From positions 4,470 through 68,469 of the forward strand of contig VMGT01000003.1 in assembly GCA_007376725.1 (NCBI GenBank): DNA of 64,000 bases. The letters run 5' to 3'. The DNA comes from Parcubacteria group bacterium Greene1014_15 (GTDB lineage Bacteria > Patescibacteriota > Minisyncoccia > Phycocordibacterales > VMGT01). Under the pieces are notes generated by a model, which was not told the DNA's origin, made no database searches, and saw only the letters and a list, made by a program, of their open reading frames with translations. The stretch's first letter is position 1, and every line of letters starts with the position of its first letter. Both the position numbers and the translations under genes were made by a program. Below are positions 35,594 through 45,785 of this stretch, in pieces.

Positions 35594-38500
35594 TCATAAC
35601 TTGCTCAATTTCTCTTTCACAGTTTCTTCGTTCATAAAACCAATATGCACTTCTCGAATAATACCCTTTCTGTCAATGAAAAAGTGCTGCGGCAGTGAAA
35701 AAATCGGGTAGATCGCCGTGATCTTTCCTTCCGTGTCAACAACACTCGGGACACTGTAGTTTCCTCGACGTAAATATGTTTCGACAACGCCGCTGCTTTG
35801 TTGCATGGAAACAAGTAAAATACGAATGTTATCGTTGTCAGCGCGAGCAATGGCATCGAGTATCGGGATTTGAATCTGCGCATGCGGCGACCAGGTGGCC
35901 CATGTCGAGAGTATTGTTTTCTTGCCGCGCAAGTAGCGAATATCAACGGGATTTTTGGTTGTGGCGTCAGGTAAAGAAAACAAAGGCGCAGTTTTGCCGA
36001 TGAGCTGACTGATAACCTTCGGAGGATTCGCTATAACATTTTCTCTCCCACCGACACCTTTGCTCTGAAAATCAGGTAATGACGGCAAAGAAATTCTTTT
36101 GCGAATAAATGGTACCGAAAAAGAAGCAATCGAGCTCTTTTTGCGTAAAGAAAAAGAGTTGTTAATGGAACGATGTTCACTCAAAGAGAATATGCCGCTA
36201 TACAAAGACTGATACGTATCACCCTCAATTTTAAGATAATATTTTCCGGGCGGAAGAATGAAACGATATTCACCTTTTTCTCCTGTGATCTGTGGATTTG
36301 CCTGATTGAAAATATCTCCCGGCCACACTTGATACTCTTTGGTCTCTGTTGAATATTCCCAAACGGTAACTCGCACGCCAGCAATTGGATTTTGATTTTT
36401 GCTCTCAAGAATTTTTCCCGACGAAGAGACGTGAATTTCGTTCATGGAACGAAGAGATTCTCGATGTGCCCCATCAATTGCAAAAACGTAGGTTTCGTAT
36501 TTTCCCGCATTAGGCAGGAGAATATCCCCAAACCAAACATCTTGCGCTTTTGAATAGACGAGAGGGAATTCAATCTGATCCGAACTACTCGTTTCTTGCG
36601 GTTCTGCAACAGTTATAGGTAGAAGAACAGTTGCAGATATTTGTGTAAATAGATCTGTGTCTTTAAGACCGGGAACAGTCAATATTCCTGTCTTCAGAAT
36701 AAATTCCTCACCATCACTGTCAGCTACCACATCTGCTTCAATAGAACCGGGTAGGGTGCTACCAGATGCATCTGTCGTTGCTGCTGGAATGGTAATTTCC
36801 TCGTCAATTCGATAGATTACATTCTTCTCTGAAGCAAAACGAGTTTTTTTGATAAGGCGTATGGCTTCTGCGCTTGTGTTTGTAATTTTGATCCTTCCCC
36901 TCGCACGCATATTTTGGCCGGGCAGCAACGCATGTGTGCGCACAGGTGTCGAGCTTGCAGACGTATCGATTTTTTTTGCAATCAACGAAACCGCAGTTGC
37001 GCCTCCTATTGCTGTTGTTACAAATCTCTGTGTAATGCCGGCGAGAGTTTCGATTGTGCCAAATTCAGAAGGAATGATCGATTGTGAGCCCATAAGAAAG
37101 ATATTTGCTCCGGTCGCCGGCGGTTTAATATCAACAATAAGTATTCGAGAGTTTGAAAGCCCAAGATTCTCCGAGTTATCTCGCGCTCGAAAAAGAATTG
37201 GGTAATTTCCGTCGCGCAGATTCGGTATTTTTGTGGTAAATATCGCTGCTGAAGATCCTATGCCAGTTACATCTCCTATTGGATGCCAAGAAACGCCCGC
37301 GTCGGAGGAGTATGCGATGCTTTCAATAACACCAAGAGCATCTTTTGCCTTGCCGCGAATAATCGGAGATACATTTTCTGTAGGATTTTCATCGAATTCA
37401 AAAAGAGTAACTTCGGGGGCTGTGATATCACCATCTGTTGATGTGATAGAAACCGTTACCGTTGTTTCCCCTGCGACCGTAAGCGGCGTCTGCGTGCCTG
37501 GTGATCCCGGCGGCAAGGCATTTGGTTTTTGAATCTGGATTATTGTTTGAATTTCAATAGTTTCTGTCGTAAATGTTCCTTCCTCGGAGCGGCTTTCAAT
37601 ACCGCGTTCATTTTTTACGACAATTTGGAAGTAATACGTTGTACCCGGCAAAAGATCGGCAAGGGTACGATCATGCTCCTGTACAAGGGAAGAGAATTCA
37701 CGTGAAATTATGGTGTATTCCTTCGGCTTTGTGCCAAAAAAAATTTGGGAAGAAGAGAGGAGGTCAGTTTTCCAAGTGATACGCGCCGATGTGGGACGGA
37801 CTGAAACCACAGAAATTTCAGTGATTAAAGGAGGTGGCGGAGCTGGCGGTAGGGGAGGAGGCAGCGCTTCAGGAGCTTTTGCGGTCTTGAATTTTTGATC
37901 TGGAGACATCGTAGAATTATTCAGAAGATCTGCTGAAATAACGCGGAAGTGATACTCGGTCTCCGGCTCAAGATTTTCGATATACAATGAGTGCTCGTTT
38001 GCGTAAAATTGTGTCTCTTTTGTCGTTGTGCCATAACTCGATGTTTTGCCCAATTCAACCCGCGCTGTCGCGCTTTCTTGTGTTTTCCATGTGATAATGA
38101 CTGTTCTATACGTCGAAGAGGCAATGATATCGGAAATAATGGGGCCGCTCGTATCGGACGCCCCGCCGGCCGGAGCGGTTCCACTGACAGAGACAGTATT
38201 GAGCGTAAATGTAGAATCACCTGTCGTAGCAAGATTGCCCGAAGCGTCACGTGACCGTACGCGATAATGATACGTCACTCCCGGAGAAAGATTCGAAAGA
38301 TTTATTGTGTGCGATGTGAGTAAAGAAGTCTCTGTTGTCGACTGACCATACGAAGCAGTCGAGCCAAATTCTACCTCCGCATCCGCAATCTCGTTTGTCG
38401 TCCATGAGATCGTGACTCCTATTGATGTAATATTGCTCGCTCCAACACTTGAAATGATCGGGGATGATGTATCTGTAGAAACTGCTGTCGTTGTCGCGCC

Positions 38501-40792
38501 TGCGATATTCGAAATAGTTGAAGTATTGCTGCTTTCATCAGCTGTCTTGAGGACAAAGTAGTAACCTGTTCCCGACGTAAGACTGCCGATAGTAAAAGAT
38601 TCCGATAAACCCGCCGCTTGCGGCGTTGGTTCTCCGGAAGCTGCCGTTGCGGAGGCCCAGTTTGATTCAGTAATTGCAGATGTCGAGTAGCGCACATCAT
38701 AACTTGTCGCGGCGCCTGTATTTCCATCATCACCGGGCGCTGTCCATATCAGTTTGATCGAAGCAGAACCCTGTGCTGAAGCGGAGAGATTTGTTACGGC
38801 GGCAGGCGCAGTCGTGTCTGCTGCCGCCGTTGGTGTGACGCATGAAGCTGCCGAATACGCAGACTCATTGCCGACCGCATCGCGCGCTTTGACTTTATAG
38901 CAGTACTGTGTTCCCGTCGTAAGTCCTGAATCAACATACTCTTTATTTCCTTGCCATGCAGTCGAATCAGTAGCTCCTGCGGCGCCTGTGGTTTCATCAA
39001 ACCAATACGCAGTCGCATGAACACCTGAAGAAGCGTCCGTCGAGCTTGCGGCGGTTGCCGTCACTTGTGTCGCAGAGTCGGCATTCGTGGATGCAATAGA
39101 AACATTCATTGGAGCTGTCGCATCAATACCAGTGCTTATTGAGCTTTGGGGGGCAGCGGTGACGCCGACCGCACTTCCACCGTCAGACTGATCGTCAGCT
39201 GTTATTGTCCAAGCAGTCAAAGCATCATCAATCGAAGCGGCATCAAAAATAACCGTAAATGCTTTGTTTTCGCCAGCGATTATGCTTCCTCCTGTAAATG
39301 TCACTGCAGAGGCGCTCGCGGACGAACTCCAACCGCTTGCTGACCCTCCCGTGCTTGTGTAGCTGCTCGATGGCCGCGTAAAACGCACCCACTGTATTGC
39401 CGCAGAAGACCCACTGTCGTTTGTAACAGTAAAAGTGATATTTTTGCTTGTTTGTCCTCCTTTTATCCACGACGTGTCTACTGAACCAGTGGACGTAATT
39501 GGTTCGACAAGCGTGTAGGTGACAGTTACTGAAGAGACCGTGGGCGAGTAGTTCGCACTATCAGATGTATAAGATATTTTGTACTGGAAATAGCGATTGT
39601 TTGCTACGCTCACAGCTTGGCCGCCGGGAGTTGTAAAACTTGTCCCACTCGTTCCATCGGGACCAACAAAGCTTCCCGTCGGCGGGTTTGTAGAGCCTGA
39701 ACGCACTTGATACGTCACATCTGCTGAAACGGAAAACGCAACAATGCCCGCTATGTTGCCATTGCCGCCATTTATATCTGTGCCAATTTTTGTCCAGCTT
39801 GCACCACCATTTGTGGATTTCCAAATATCCTCGTCTTCTTCGGCGATATACAAGTCGCCGCTCCCATCTCCTGTAATTTTTAAACCGCTTTGGCCTTCAG
39901 AACTATTGTAATCTGTGGCAACTTTTGTCCAGTTCGCGCCATCATTTGTTGACTTCCATATCGCTTGATCATCAAGAATATATATATTTCCACTACTATC
40001 TGCGGCGATCCCAGTCGTGTTTCCATTGCCGTCGGTACTGTTATAATCGGTATTTTGATTTGTCCAATTTATTCCACCGTCGGTCGATATCCAAACATCA
40101 GCTCCCGCATCAACCGTAAAAAGTTTTGTGCCGGCGTGCGTTGCTCCTTTTATGGTACCTCCGTTGCCATTGAAATCGGTGTTGACGCGCGTAAAATTTA
40201 CTCCGCCGTCGGTGGACTTCCAAACAGCTTCAGCAGAATTGAAAATATAGATCGAGCTATTGCTGTCCGTCGTTATTTCAACAGCGTTCTGGTTGCCTGA
40301 TGTATTGTAATCGGTCGTCGTTTGTGTCCAACTCACGCCGCGGTTGCTCGAAGACCACACTGTTTGTTTGTGTGCAATATATAAAATTCCATTATTGTCT
40401 ACAGCCATTCCATCTGCACCATTATTATTTGCAGCGTTATAATCATCTTTTGCAATTCTCCATGTGGCGCCTGCTCCGATCGAGTTGTATACATCGGCTG
40501 CTACATCAACGGTAACAATTTCAACCGTGCCGATTCCTTCACTCCACGCAAGCGTATCGAAACGTGGTATGTTGGTTGTACCGCCATCAAGCACTTGCGA
40601 TATAAATGAACCTGATATATTTCCTGCCATCATTTGCACATTGTCGGTATTCCAAACAGTGCTACTATGCGTTCCCGCATCAAACTCGCTTTGTGTATCT
40701 TCGACAAACGTTGCAGCAAAAACAAGGCGCGGCGGCGGAAGAAGCGACGCGAGTAGTGCAACAACAAGGAACACGACCAGAAATCGCTGCAT
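35594..40792 (-). CDS. giant secreted surface protein with BNR (Asp-box) repeats, FN3-like domains, Pro-rich linker and C-terminal thioredoxin-like (TlpA-like) domain lacking CxxC
   Basis: Signal peptide. Multiple Asp-boxes (SSNRGVSWT, STDGGVNFT, STDGGINWT, STNDGANWT, STNGGASWT). Repeated beta-sandwich segments. PPPLPPAPPPP. C-terminus GKTAPLFSLPD...ILSTWATWSPHAQ resembles redoxin, but CxxC is replaced by SPHA. Confidence 0.75.
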   Translation of the reverse strand: MQRFLVVFLVVALLASLLPPPRLVFAATFVEDTQSEFDAGTHSSTVWNTDNVQMMAGNISGSFISQVLDGGTTNIPRFDTLAWSEGIGTVEIVTVDVAADVYNSIGAGATWRIAKDDYNAANNNGADGMAVDNNGILYIAHKQTVWSSSNRGVSWTQTTTDYNTSGNQNAVEITTDSNSSIYIFNSAEAVWKSTDGGVNFTRVNTDFNGNGGTIKGATHAGTKLFTVDAGADVWISTDGGINWTNQNTDYNSTDGNGNTTGIAADSSGNIYILDDQAIWKSTNDGANWTKVATDYNSSEGQSGLKITGDGSGDLYIAEEDEDIWKSTNGGASWTKIGTDINGGNGNIAGIVAFSVSADVTYQVRSGSTNPPTGSFVGPDGTSGTSFTTPGGQAVSVANNRYFQYKISYTSDSANYSPTVSSVTVTYTLVEPITSTGSVDTSWIKGGQTSKNITFTVTNDSGSSAAIQWVRFTRPSSSYTSTGGSASGWSSSASASAVTFTGGSIIAGENKAFTVIFDAASIDDALTAWTITADDQSDGGSAVGVTAAPQSSISTGIDATAPMNVSIASTNADSATQVTATAASSTDASSGVHATAYWFDETTGAAGATDSTAWQGNKEYVDSGLTTGTQYCYKVKARDAVGNESAYSAASCVTPTAAADTTAPAAVTNLSASAQGSASIKLIWTAPGDDGNTGAATSYDVRYSTSAITESNWASATAASGEPTPQAAGLSESFTIGSLTSGTGYYFVLKTADESSNTSTISNIAGATTTAVSTDTSSPIISSVGASNITSIGVTISWTTNEIADAEVEFGSTASYGQSTTETSLLTSHTINLSNLSPGVTYHYRVRSRDASGNLATTGDSTFTLNTVSVSGTAPAGGASDTSGPIISDIIASSTYRTVIITWKTQESATARVELGKTSSYGTTTKETQFYANEHSLYIENLEPETEYHFRVISADLLNNSTMSPDQKFKTAKAPEALPPPLPPAPPPPLITEISVVSVRPTSARITWKTDLLSSSQIFFGTKPKEYTIISREFSSLVQEHDRTLADLLPGTTYYFQIVVKNERGIESRSEEGTFTTETIEIQTIIQIQKPNALPPGSPGTQTPLTVAGETTVTVSITSTDGDITAPEVTLFEFDENPTENVSPIIRGKAKDALGVIESIAYSSDAGVSWHPIGDVTGIGSSAAIFTTKIPNLRDGNYPILFRARDNSENLGLSNSRILIVDIKPPATGANIFLMGSQSIIPSEFGTIETLAGITQRFVTTAIGGATAVSLIAKKIDTSASSTPVRTHALLPGQNMRARGRIKITNTSAEAIRLIKKTRFASEKNVIYRIDEEITIPAATTDASGSTLPGSIEADVVADSDGEEFILKTGILTVPGLKDTDLFTQISATVLLPITVAEPQETSSSDQIEFPLVYSKAQDVWFGDILLPNAGKYETYVFAIDGAHRESLRSMNEIHVSSSGKILESKNQNPIAGVRVTVWEYSTETKEYQVWPGDIFNQANPQITGEKGEYRFILPPGKYYLKIEGDTYQSLYSGIFSLSEHRSINNSFSLRKKSSIASFSVPFIRKRISLPSLPDFQSKGVGGRENVIANPPKVISQLIGKTAPLFSLPDATTKNPVDIRYLRGKKTILSTWATWSPHAQIQIPILDAIARADNDNIRILLVSMQQSSGVVETYLRRGNYSVPSVVDTEGKITAIYPIFSLPQHFFIDRKGIIREVHIGFMNEETVKEKLSKL

Positions 40793-40802
40793 GTATATCT
40801 GA

Positions 40803-40824
40803 TTTTACAAAAGTACTTGTAAAA
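40803..40824. promoter_or_regulatory. operator-like palindrome TTTTACAA-n6-TTGTAAAA in divergent intergenic region
   Basis: 8-bp inverted arms separated by 6 bp, between the start of 35594..40792 (-) and the start of 40926..42134 (+). Confidence 0.3.
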
Positions 40825-40925
40825 ATACGAATGTTTTATACACATTCTGATTGAGATTTTCAGTTTTTTCTTGATATATTTAATAAGTACGTTTCAAAAC
40901 GAATTTTTAAAATATCACCACGGCA

Positions 40926-42134
40926 ATGACAACTGATACAACTCTTACAAAAACCGATCTTCTTGAAAACATTGCAAATCTTGCTCCCGTTCTTGCAAGT
41001 ATTCATGAGTCGGTTATCGTCACCAATACTTTGGGAGAAATTCTTCTTGCAAATGCACCCACTGAAATTATTACGGGGTATATGCCGCATGAGCTTATTG
41101 GGAAGAATATAGAGGAAACAATACGCTTTGTCGGGAAAAATCAGGCTGCTGATTTCTCATGGTATCTTCGTGAGTCGCTTACGGGCGATCGTTCAATCCG
41201 ATTACCCGAAGGCACTTCGCTTCTACAGCTTCGCGGCGGCTTGCTTCCTGTCGACGCAACAACGACCCCGCTCTACGGAGAAGACGGCAATTTTGCAGGC
41301 GTCGTAATTGTTGTACGGGATATTCGTGACGAGATAAAAGTACGACGAAGACAGTACGAATTTCTCTCATTTGTCTCGCACCAGCTTAGGCAGCCATTCG
41401 GCACGATTCGGTGGGGCCTCGAGCTCATTCAACAAGAAGGGGATAATCTTACCGAGGAACATAAGGAAATGCTCGACGATCTTCTTAAACTTTCTGTTCG
41501 TTTTGCTAATTTCGTCAACGAGCTCGTTGATGTCGCACGCTTTGAAGAAGGTAAATTCAAGCTCAAACAAGAGACGATTGATCTGCGGAAAATTACAAGA
41601 GAGGTTGGTGATGAGCTCAAGGGTCTTGCGGTCAGTCAAAATATTTCTCTTCATTTATTTGAAAACACACCTCAAGGCATTTCGACAACCGTTACTGGAG
41701 ATAACAATAGATTTCACGATGTTTTTCAAAACCTCATGGTGAATGCGATTCGATATAATAACCCTCGAGGCGCCGTGACTGTTGAAGCGGCAGATGCCAC
41801 ACCAAACGAAATTCGCGCTCTAGCGCAAAAATCACGGCACAGTGTTGGTATCGAGGAGTATTTGCAGGCAACTGACAAAGAAATAAAAACTTTTTTACTT
41901 ATCAGTATAAGCGACACTGGTCTCGGAATTCCGGAAGATCAGCAAGCCGACATGTTCAACAATTTTTTCCGTGGTAGAAATGTAGAACAGAAAGGAATAA
42001 CCGGCACCGGGCTGGGGCTTTTCATCATAAAGATCATCATCGAAGGCACGAGTGGGCGCATATTTTTCACCTCCAAAGAAAATGTTGGAACAACTTTTTA
42101 TATCGTGTTGCAGCATAACAACGAACTTACATGA
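40926..42134 (+). CDS. PAS-domain sensor histidine kinase (cytoplasmic)
   Basis: PAS region. H-box LSFVSHQLRQPFGTIRWG. NLMVNAIRYN, DTGLGIP and GTGLGLFII. Confidence 0.8.
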   Translation: MTTDTTLTKTDLLENIANLAPVLASIHESVIVTNTLGEILLANAPTEIITGYMPHELIGKNIEETIRFVGKNQAADFSWYLRESLTGDRSIRLPEGTSLLQLRGGLLPVDATTTPLYGEDGNFAGVVIVVRDIRDEIKVRRRQYEFLSFVSHQLRQPFGTIRWGLELIQQEGDNLTEEHKEMLDDLLKLSVRFANFVNELVDVARFEEGKFKLKQETIDLRKITREVGDELKGLAVSQNISLHLFENTPQGISTTVTGDNNRFHDVFQNLMVNAIRYNNPRGAVTVEAADATPNEIRALAQKSRHSVGIEEYLQATDKEIKTFLLISISDTGLGIPEDQQADMFNNFFRGRNVEQKGITGTGLGLFIIKIIIEGTSGRIFFTSKENVGTTFYIVLQHNNELT

Positions 42135-42943
42135 AAAAAATTCTTGTAATAGAAGATAATGCAATTATTGTGCGGATATTGCAGCAGCGCATGCCGAATC
42201 TGGAATTTTCCATAGCGGTGCATCCTGCCGAGAGTGTCACAAAAGCAACTGAAGAAAAACCCGATCTCATCTTGCTTGATCTTATGCTGCCGGAACGAAG
42301 CGGGTTTGATATTTTGCGCGATCTGCAAGAAAAGAAAGAAACTAAAAAAATTCCGATTATCGTCATGTCGGCACTTGGGAGCGAAGAAGATATCGAACGG
42401 GCAACAAAATTGGGCGCCTTGGACTATATTGTCAAGGGTATGGAGTCAATAGACACCGTTGTGGAGAAGCTCAAAAAAGTTCTCGGGGAAGAACTGATTA
42501 AAAAATCACCAACATCTCACCGTCAAATTTCCCAAAAAACAAAGCTGACAAAAAAAGAAACGGATACCGGGAGGAAAAAGAAGGTGCTTTTCGTTGAAGA
42601 CGATTTGTTTCTGGTCCACGCGTACCAGGATATTCTTGAAGAAGATCGTTCCATACTTGTTTGGATTGCGCAAGATGGCGATGAGGCTATCGCGTATTTG
42701 AAAAAACAGCCTCCCGATCTCGTGCTCCTTGATCTCCTGCTGCCGGGCAAGTCTGGTTTCGAAGTGCTTGCGGCAATTCGAAAACATCCTGTGTGGAAAT
42801 CAGTTCCGGTTATAATTCTCTCGAATCTCGGTCAACCGCAAGATGTGGAGAAAGCTATGAAACTCGGGGTTACGGATTATATCATCAAAGCAAATACCAA
42901 GATAAGCGATGTCGCCGCCCGTATTGAGAAATTCTTGACTTAA
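42131..42943 (+). CDS. tandem double-receiver response regulator (two REC domains, no output domain)
   Basis: REC1 is KKILVIEDNAII...DLILLDLMLPERSG. REC2 is KKVLFVEDDLFL...DLVLLDLLLPGKSG. 4-bp overlap with the upstream kinase gene. Confidence 0.8.
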   Translation: MKKILVIEDNAIIVRILQQRMPNLEFSIAVHPAESVTKATEEKPDLILLDLMLPERSGFDILRDLQEKKETKKIPIIVMSALGSEEDIERATKLGALDYIVKGMESIDTVVEKLKKVLGEELIKKSPTSHRQISQKTKLTKKETDTGRKKKVLFVEDDLFLVHAYQDILEEDRSILVWIAQDGDEAIAYLKKQPPDLVLLDLLLPGKSGFEVLAAIRKHPVWKSVPVIILSNLGQPQDVEKAMKLGVTDYIIKANTKISDVAARIEKFLT

Positions 42944-43010
42944 GGCATCAATTGTTATATAGAAAAGCTAGAGGTTCTAACACAAAACTATGCCTTGACG
43001 GAGAAATTGA

Positions 43011-43658
43011 ATGGCCGGACCGTTTGCGAACACTGGAGAAATTAAAAAAGCGATTTTAAGAATACTCTTCAGTAATTGTGGGGGCGGACGCCCTAAAGTA
43101 GGAGCTATTATTAGACTCCTTGTCTATATGCGTGACGAACTACGTTGCGTCTATTGCAGAATCGATTGCTCCGGTAAGAGTGATACACTTACACTCGACC
43201 ATATTATTCCCGCAAGCAAGGGCGGAGGATCACATCTCGACAACCTTGCAACAAGCTGTAAGAACTGCAATAAAGGGAAAAGGGATTCACTTGTCGACAC
43301 TACAGCGCGCGCAACTATACAAACCTTTATTTGGCAAGCAAATAAACGATTTCTGAAACACCTTGATTTTGAACAAGATGCGCAAGAAATACTCGATGCT
43401 GTTTTGGCATCTGTTGAAAATGCAAAAAAAGTTCTTGTTTTTTGGAATGGCCAGCAGCACATTGTGCTCGAGTGGAGCAACTGTTTCGTGCTCAAAAACG
43501 CACATACTGAAGAGAACATAAAAATCTATCCTGCAACAAATCAAAGCACCATTCAAAAAGAAAATCCTGAAAACAAAAAGAAGCGGTCGAGCGCGTATGA
43601 GCGATTAGAAAAAATCATGCACTTGCTGCACGTAACGCCGCAGGACATCAATCGCTAA
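43011..43658 (+). CDS. HNH endonuclease domain protein with uncharacterised C-terminal domain
   Basis: CVYCRIDCSG...LTLDHIIPASKGGGSHLDNLATSCKNCNKGK gives CxxC, the H-N-H core and a second CxxC. Confidence 0.7.
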   Translation: MAGPFANTGEIKKAILRILFSNCGGGRPKVGAIIRLLVYMRDELRCVYCRIDCSGKSDTLTLDHIIPASKGGGSHLDNLATSCKNCNKGKRDSLVDTTARATIQTFIWQANKRFLKHLDFEQDAQEILDAVLASVENAKKVLVFWNGQQHIVLEWSNCFVLKNAHTEENIKIYPATNQSTIQKENPENKKKRSSAYERLEKIMHLLHVTPQDINR

Positions 43659-43665
43659 AAAGCAC

Positions 43666-43701
43666 ATGCCCGTCAAATACATACGTGTATTTGACGGGCA
43701 T
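43666..43701. terminator. perfect 36-nt palindrome, bidirectional terminator candidate between convergent genes
   Basis: ATGCCCGTCAAATACATACGTGTATTTGACGGGCAT. Confidence 0.55.
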
Positions 43702-43705
43702 TTAG

Positions 43706-44950
43706 TTACAGCGAATCGAGCGCTTGATCGAGATCTGCAATAATATCTTGAAAGTTTTCAGTTCCGACGGACAAGCGAATCAAGTTATTTGAAATCCCCA
43801 TTCGTTTACGTTCTTTAGTTTCAATTCCTGAATGTGTCGTCATGCCGGGGTGACATGCAAGCGAGTGTGTTGCACCAAGGCTCACCGCAAGCATGATCAT
43901 GCGCAGCTTATTGAGAAATTTTCGCGCCGCCTTGAGTCCACCTATAACCTCGAACGCTATCATACCGCTCGTACCGCATGACTGTTTCTGGTGGATACGA
44001 AACTGTTCGCTGTTCACATCAAGCAATCCGAGAAAGCGAAGATTCTGAACTTTAGAATGCTTCGAGAGAAACCAGGCAACCTGTTTTGCATTCTCGCAGT
44101 GCCTTTCCATCCGCATTGCGAGTGTCTCAAGACTTTTTGAAAGACGAACGGCGCGTTGTGCGTCGATAGTACCTCCCCGTTGGCTGCGAAGCGCACGTAT
44201 GGGAGCGAGGTATCTCTTCTCGCCCAATAGTAAGCCTGCGACTAAATCTCCGTGTCCCCCCAAATACTTTGTTGCTGAATGAATTTCGATATGCGCACCT
44301 TGCAAAAGAGGTTTTTGTAAATAGGGCGTCATAAATGTGTTGTCAACAGCAACAAGTGTTTGCAGTCCGTCACTGCGCTCTCGCGTATGTGCGGCTGCAA
44401 AAGCGGCGCATTCCTCGATATCGACTTCCTCGAGCGTCGGATTTGTCGGTGACTCAAGGAAAATAAGTTTGAGTGCGTCTGAAATGGGGTCGAACTTCTT
44501 CAGTTCCTTTGCAGACTTAAATGACCGCAACAAAATCCCGTATCTTTTCTCGAGCCACTTAAGGTGGCCAAATGTTCCTCCGTAGAGCGGTTCATTGAAT
44601 AATACGAGATCGCCTGGCCTAAGATACGCGTCGAGCGTCAAAGCTATCGCCTCCATACCACTGCAGGTGAGAATGCTTTCGGGCTCTTGCAGACTGTCAT
44701 AGAAGACTTTGGCATATCGTCCTTCTGAAACCTCTACGTTTGGTTGCGCAAGCCTACTGTAAACGAGCTCGCCTTTCTTACCGCTCCGCAGATGGGCAAA
44801 TTTTCTTTCGAGCCCTTCGGCACTTTTTGCGATATAACTCGTCGAGTCGATAGTGGGCATAACCGCAGCATATTCAGAGAGGCGCGGTATATATCCGTAA
44901 TGTACCGCGTTTGATTCAGGCTGCATTTTAGGCAACGAATTCTTGTCCAT
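43706..44950 (-). CDS. Cys/Met-metabolism PLP-dependent enzyme (cystathionine gamma-synthase, beta-lyase, methionine gamma-lyase or O-acetylhomoserine sulfhydrylase family)
   Basis: PLP-lysine motif SATKYLGGHGDLVAG. About 410 aa. Confidence 0.75.
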   Translation of the reverse strand: MDKNSLPKMQPESNAVHYGYIPRLSEYAAVMPTIDSTSYIAKSAEGLERKFAHLRSGKKGELVYSRLAQPNVEVSEGRYAKVFYDSLQEPESILTCSGMEAIALTLDAYLRPGDLVLFNEPLYGGTFGHLKWLEKRYGILLRSFKSAKELKKFDPISDALKLIFLESPTNPTLEEVDIEECAAFAAAHTRERSDGLQTLVAVDNTFMTPYLQKPLLQGAHIEIHSATKYLGGHGDLVAGLLLGEKRYLAPIRALRSQRGGTIDAQRAVRLSKSLETLAMRMERHCENAKQVAWFLSKHSKVQNLRFLGLLDVNSEQFRIHQKQSCGTSGMIAFEVIGGLKAARKFLNKLRMIMLAVSLGATHSLACHPGMTTHSGIETKERKRMGISNNLIRLSVGTENFQDIIADLDQALDSL

Positions 44951-45036
44951 GTATCTGTCCTTTTTGCGTGCAAGTAAAACTTAGAAAAAACATGCCGAAG
45001 AGACTATACAACATATTCTACATTTTGAATAGGGAA

Positions 45037-45735
45037 TTACTTTTTACGTTTTTCTTGCAGACAATGCCGTACTTTTCTGACAGCATTATAAAAACGTTGG
45101 CGAATTTCTCGCAGTTTCAGATTTTCCAAATGACTCTGGCGTATTGTTGCTCCCATATACTCGATGCGTTCAAGAGTTTCCTCAAGAAGCGCCTCAAGAA
45201 CTCTATTCGGAAATACTTGCGCGTATATTCTATTATATGCAAGCCAGACGCCCATGGTTACCGTCGATGCAAACAACGTAATCACAATATCAAGTGTCGT
45301 ATCAAGTGCGCCTTTTTGAGCTTGTGCAGCGAGCGGACAGCACCATGGTTGGATAATCTGGTCCCATGCTGCTTCAATTCCTTCCCAAAAAACACCGCCG
45401 ACAATGAGCACCTGCCCGATAATATTTACCGCCAGAAAAATATGACCGGTAAAGTTGAAGGCGCCGTGGCATGCACGCCTCCGGTAGAGATATAACAAAT
45501 TGATGGATGCCGATATCCCAAAAAGCGCATGACCAAAAGAATCAAACCACCATTGCTTGTCAAAGAGCTCGAAATTGCCCCAGTGGCTATAGCCAAAAAC
45601 AAAAAAGAATGCCGCCCAATAGAGCACAATCAAACTCGTAACGACGGAGCGTCGGGATACTCTCTCCATCATACCGCCTCCATATGACTGCGATTGCTCG
45701 TCACTAAGGCATCGTAAATAACTCACCGTACGCAA
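45037..45735 (-). CDS. polytopic membrane protein of unknown function
   Basis: Several hydrophobic helices. An alternative start lies at the internal MMERVS. Confidence 0.45.
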   Translation of the reverse strand: MRTVSYLRCLSDEQSQSYGGGMMERVSRRSVVTSLIVLYWAAFFFVFGYSHWGNFELFDKQWWFDSFGHALFGISASINLLYLYRRRACHGAFNFTGHIFLAVNIIGQVLIVGGVFWEGIEAAWDQIIQPWCCPLAAQAQKGALDTTLDIVITLFASTVTMGVWLAYNRIYAQVFPNRVLEALLEETLERIEYMGATIRQSHLENLKLREIRQRFYNAVRKVRHCLQEKRKK

Positions 45736-45785
45736 CCATGAACTAAAAACAGAAGATTATCTATACTCGTCATTGCTATGCGGAG

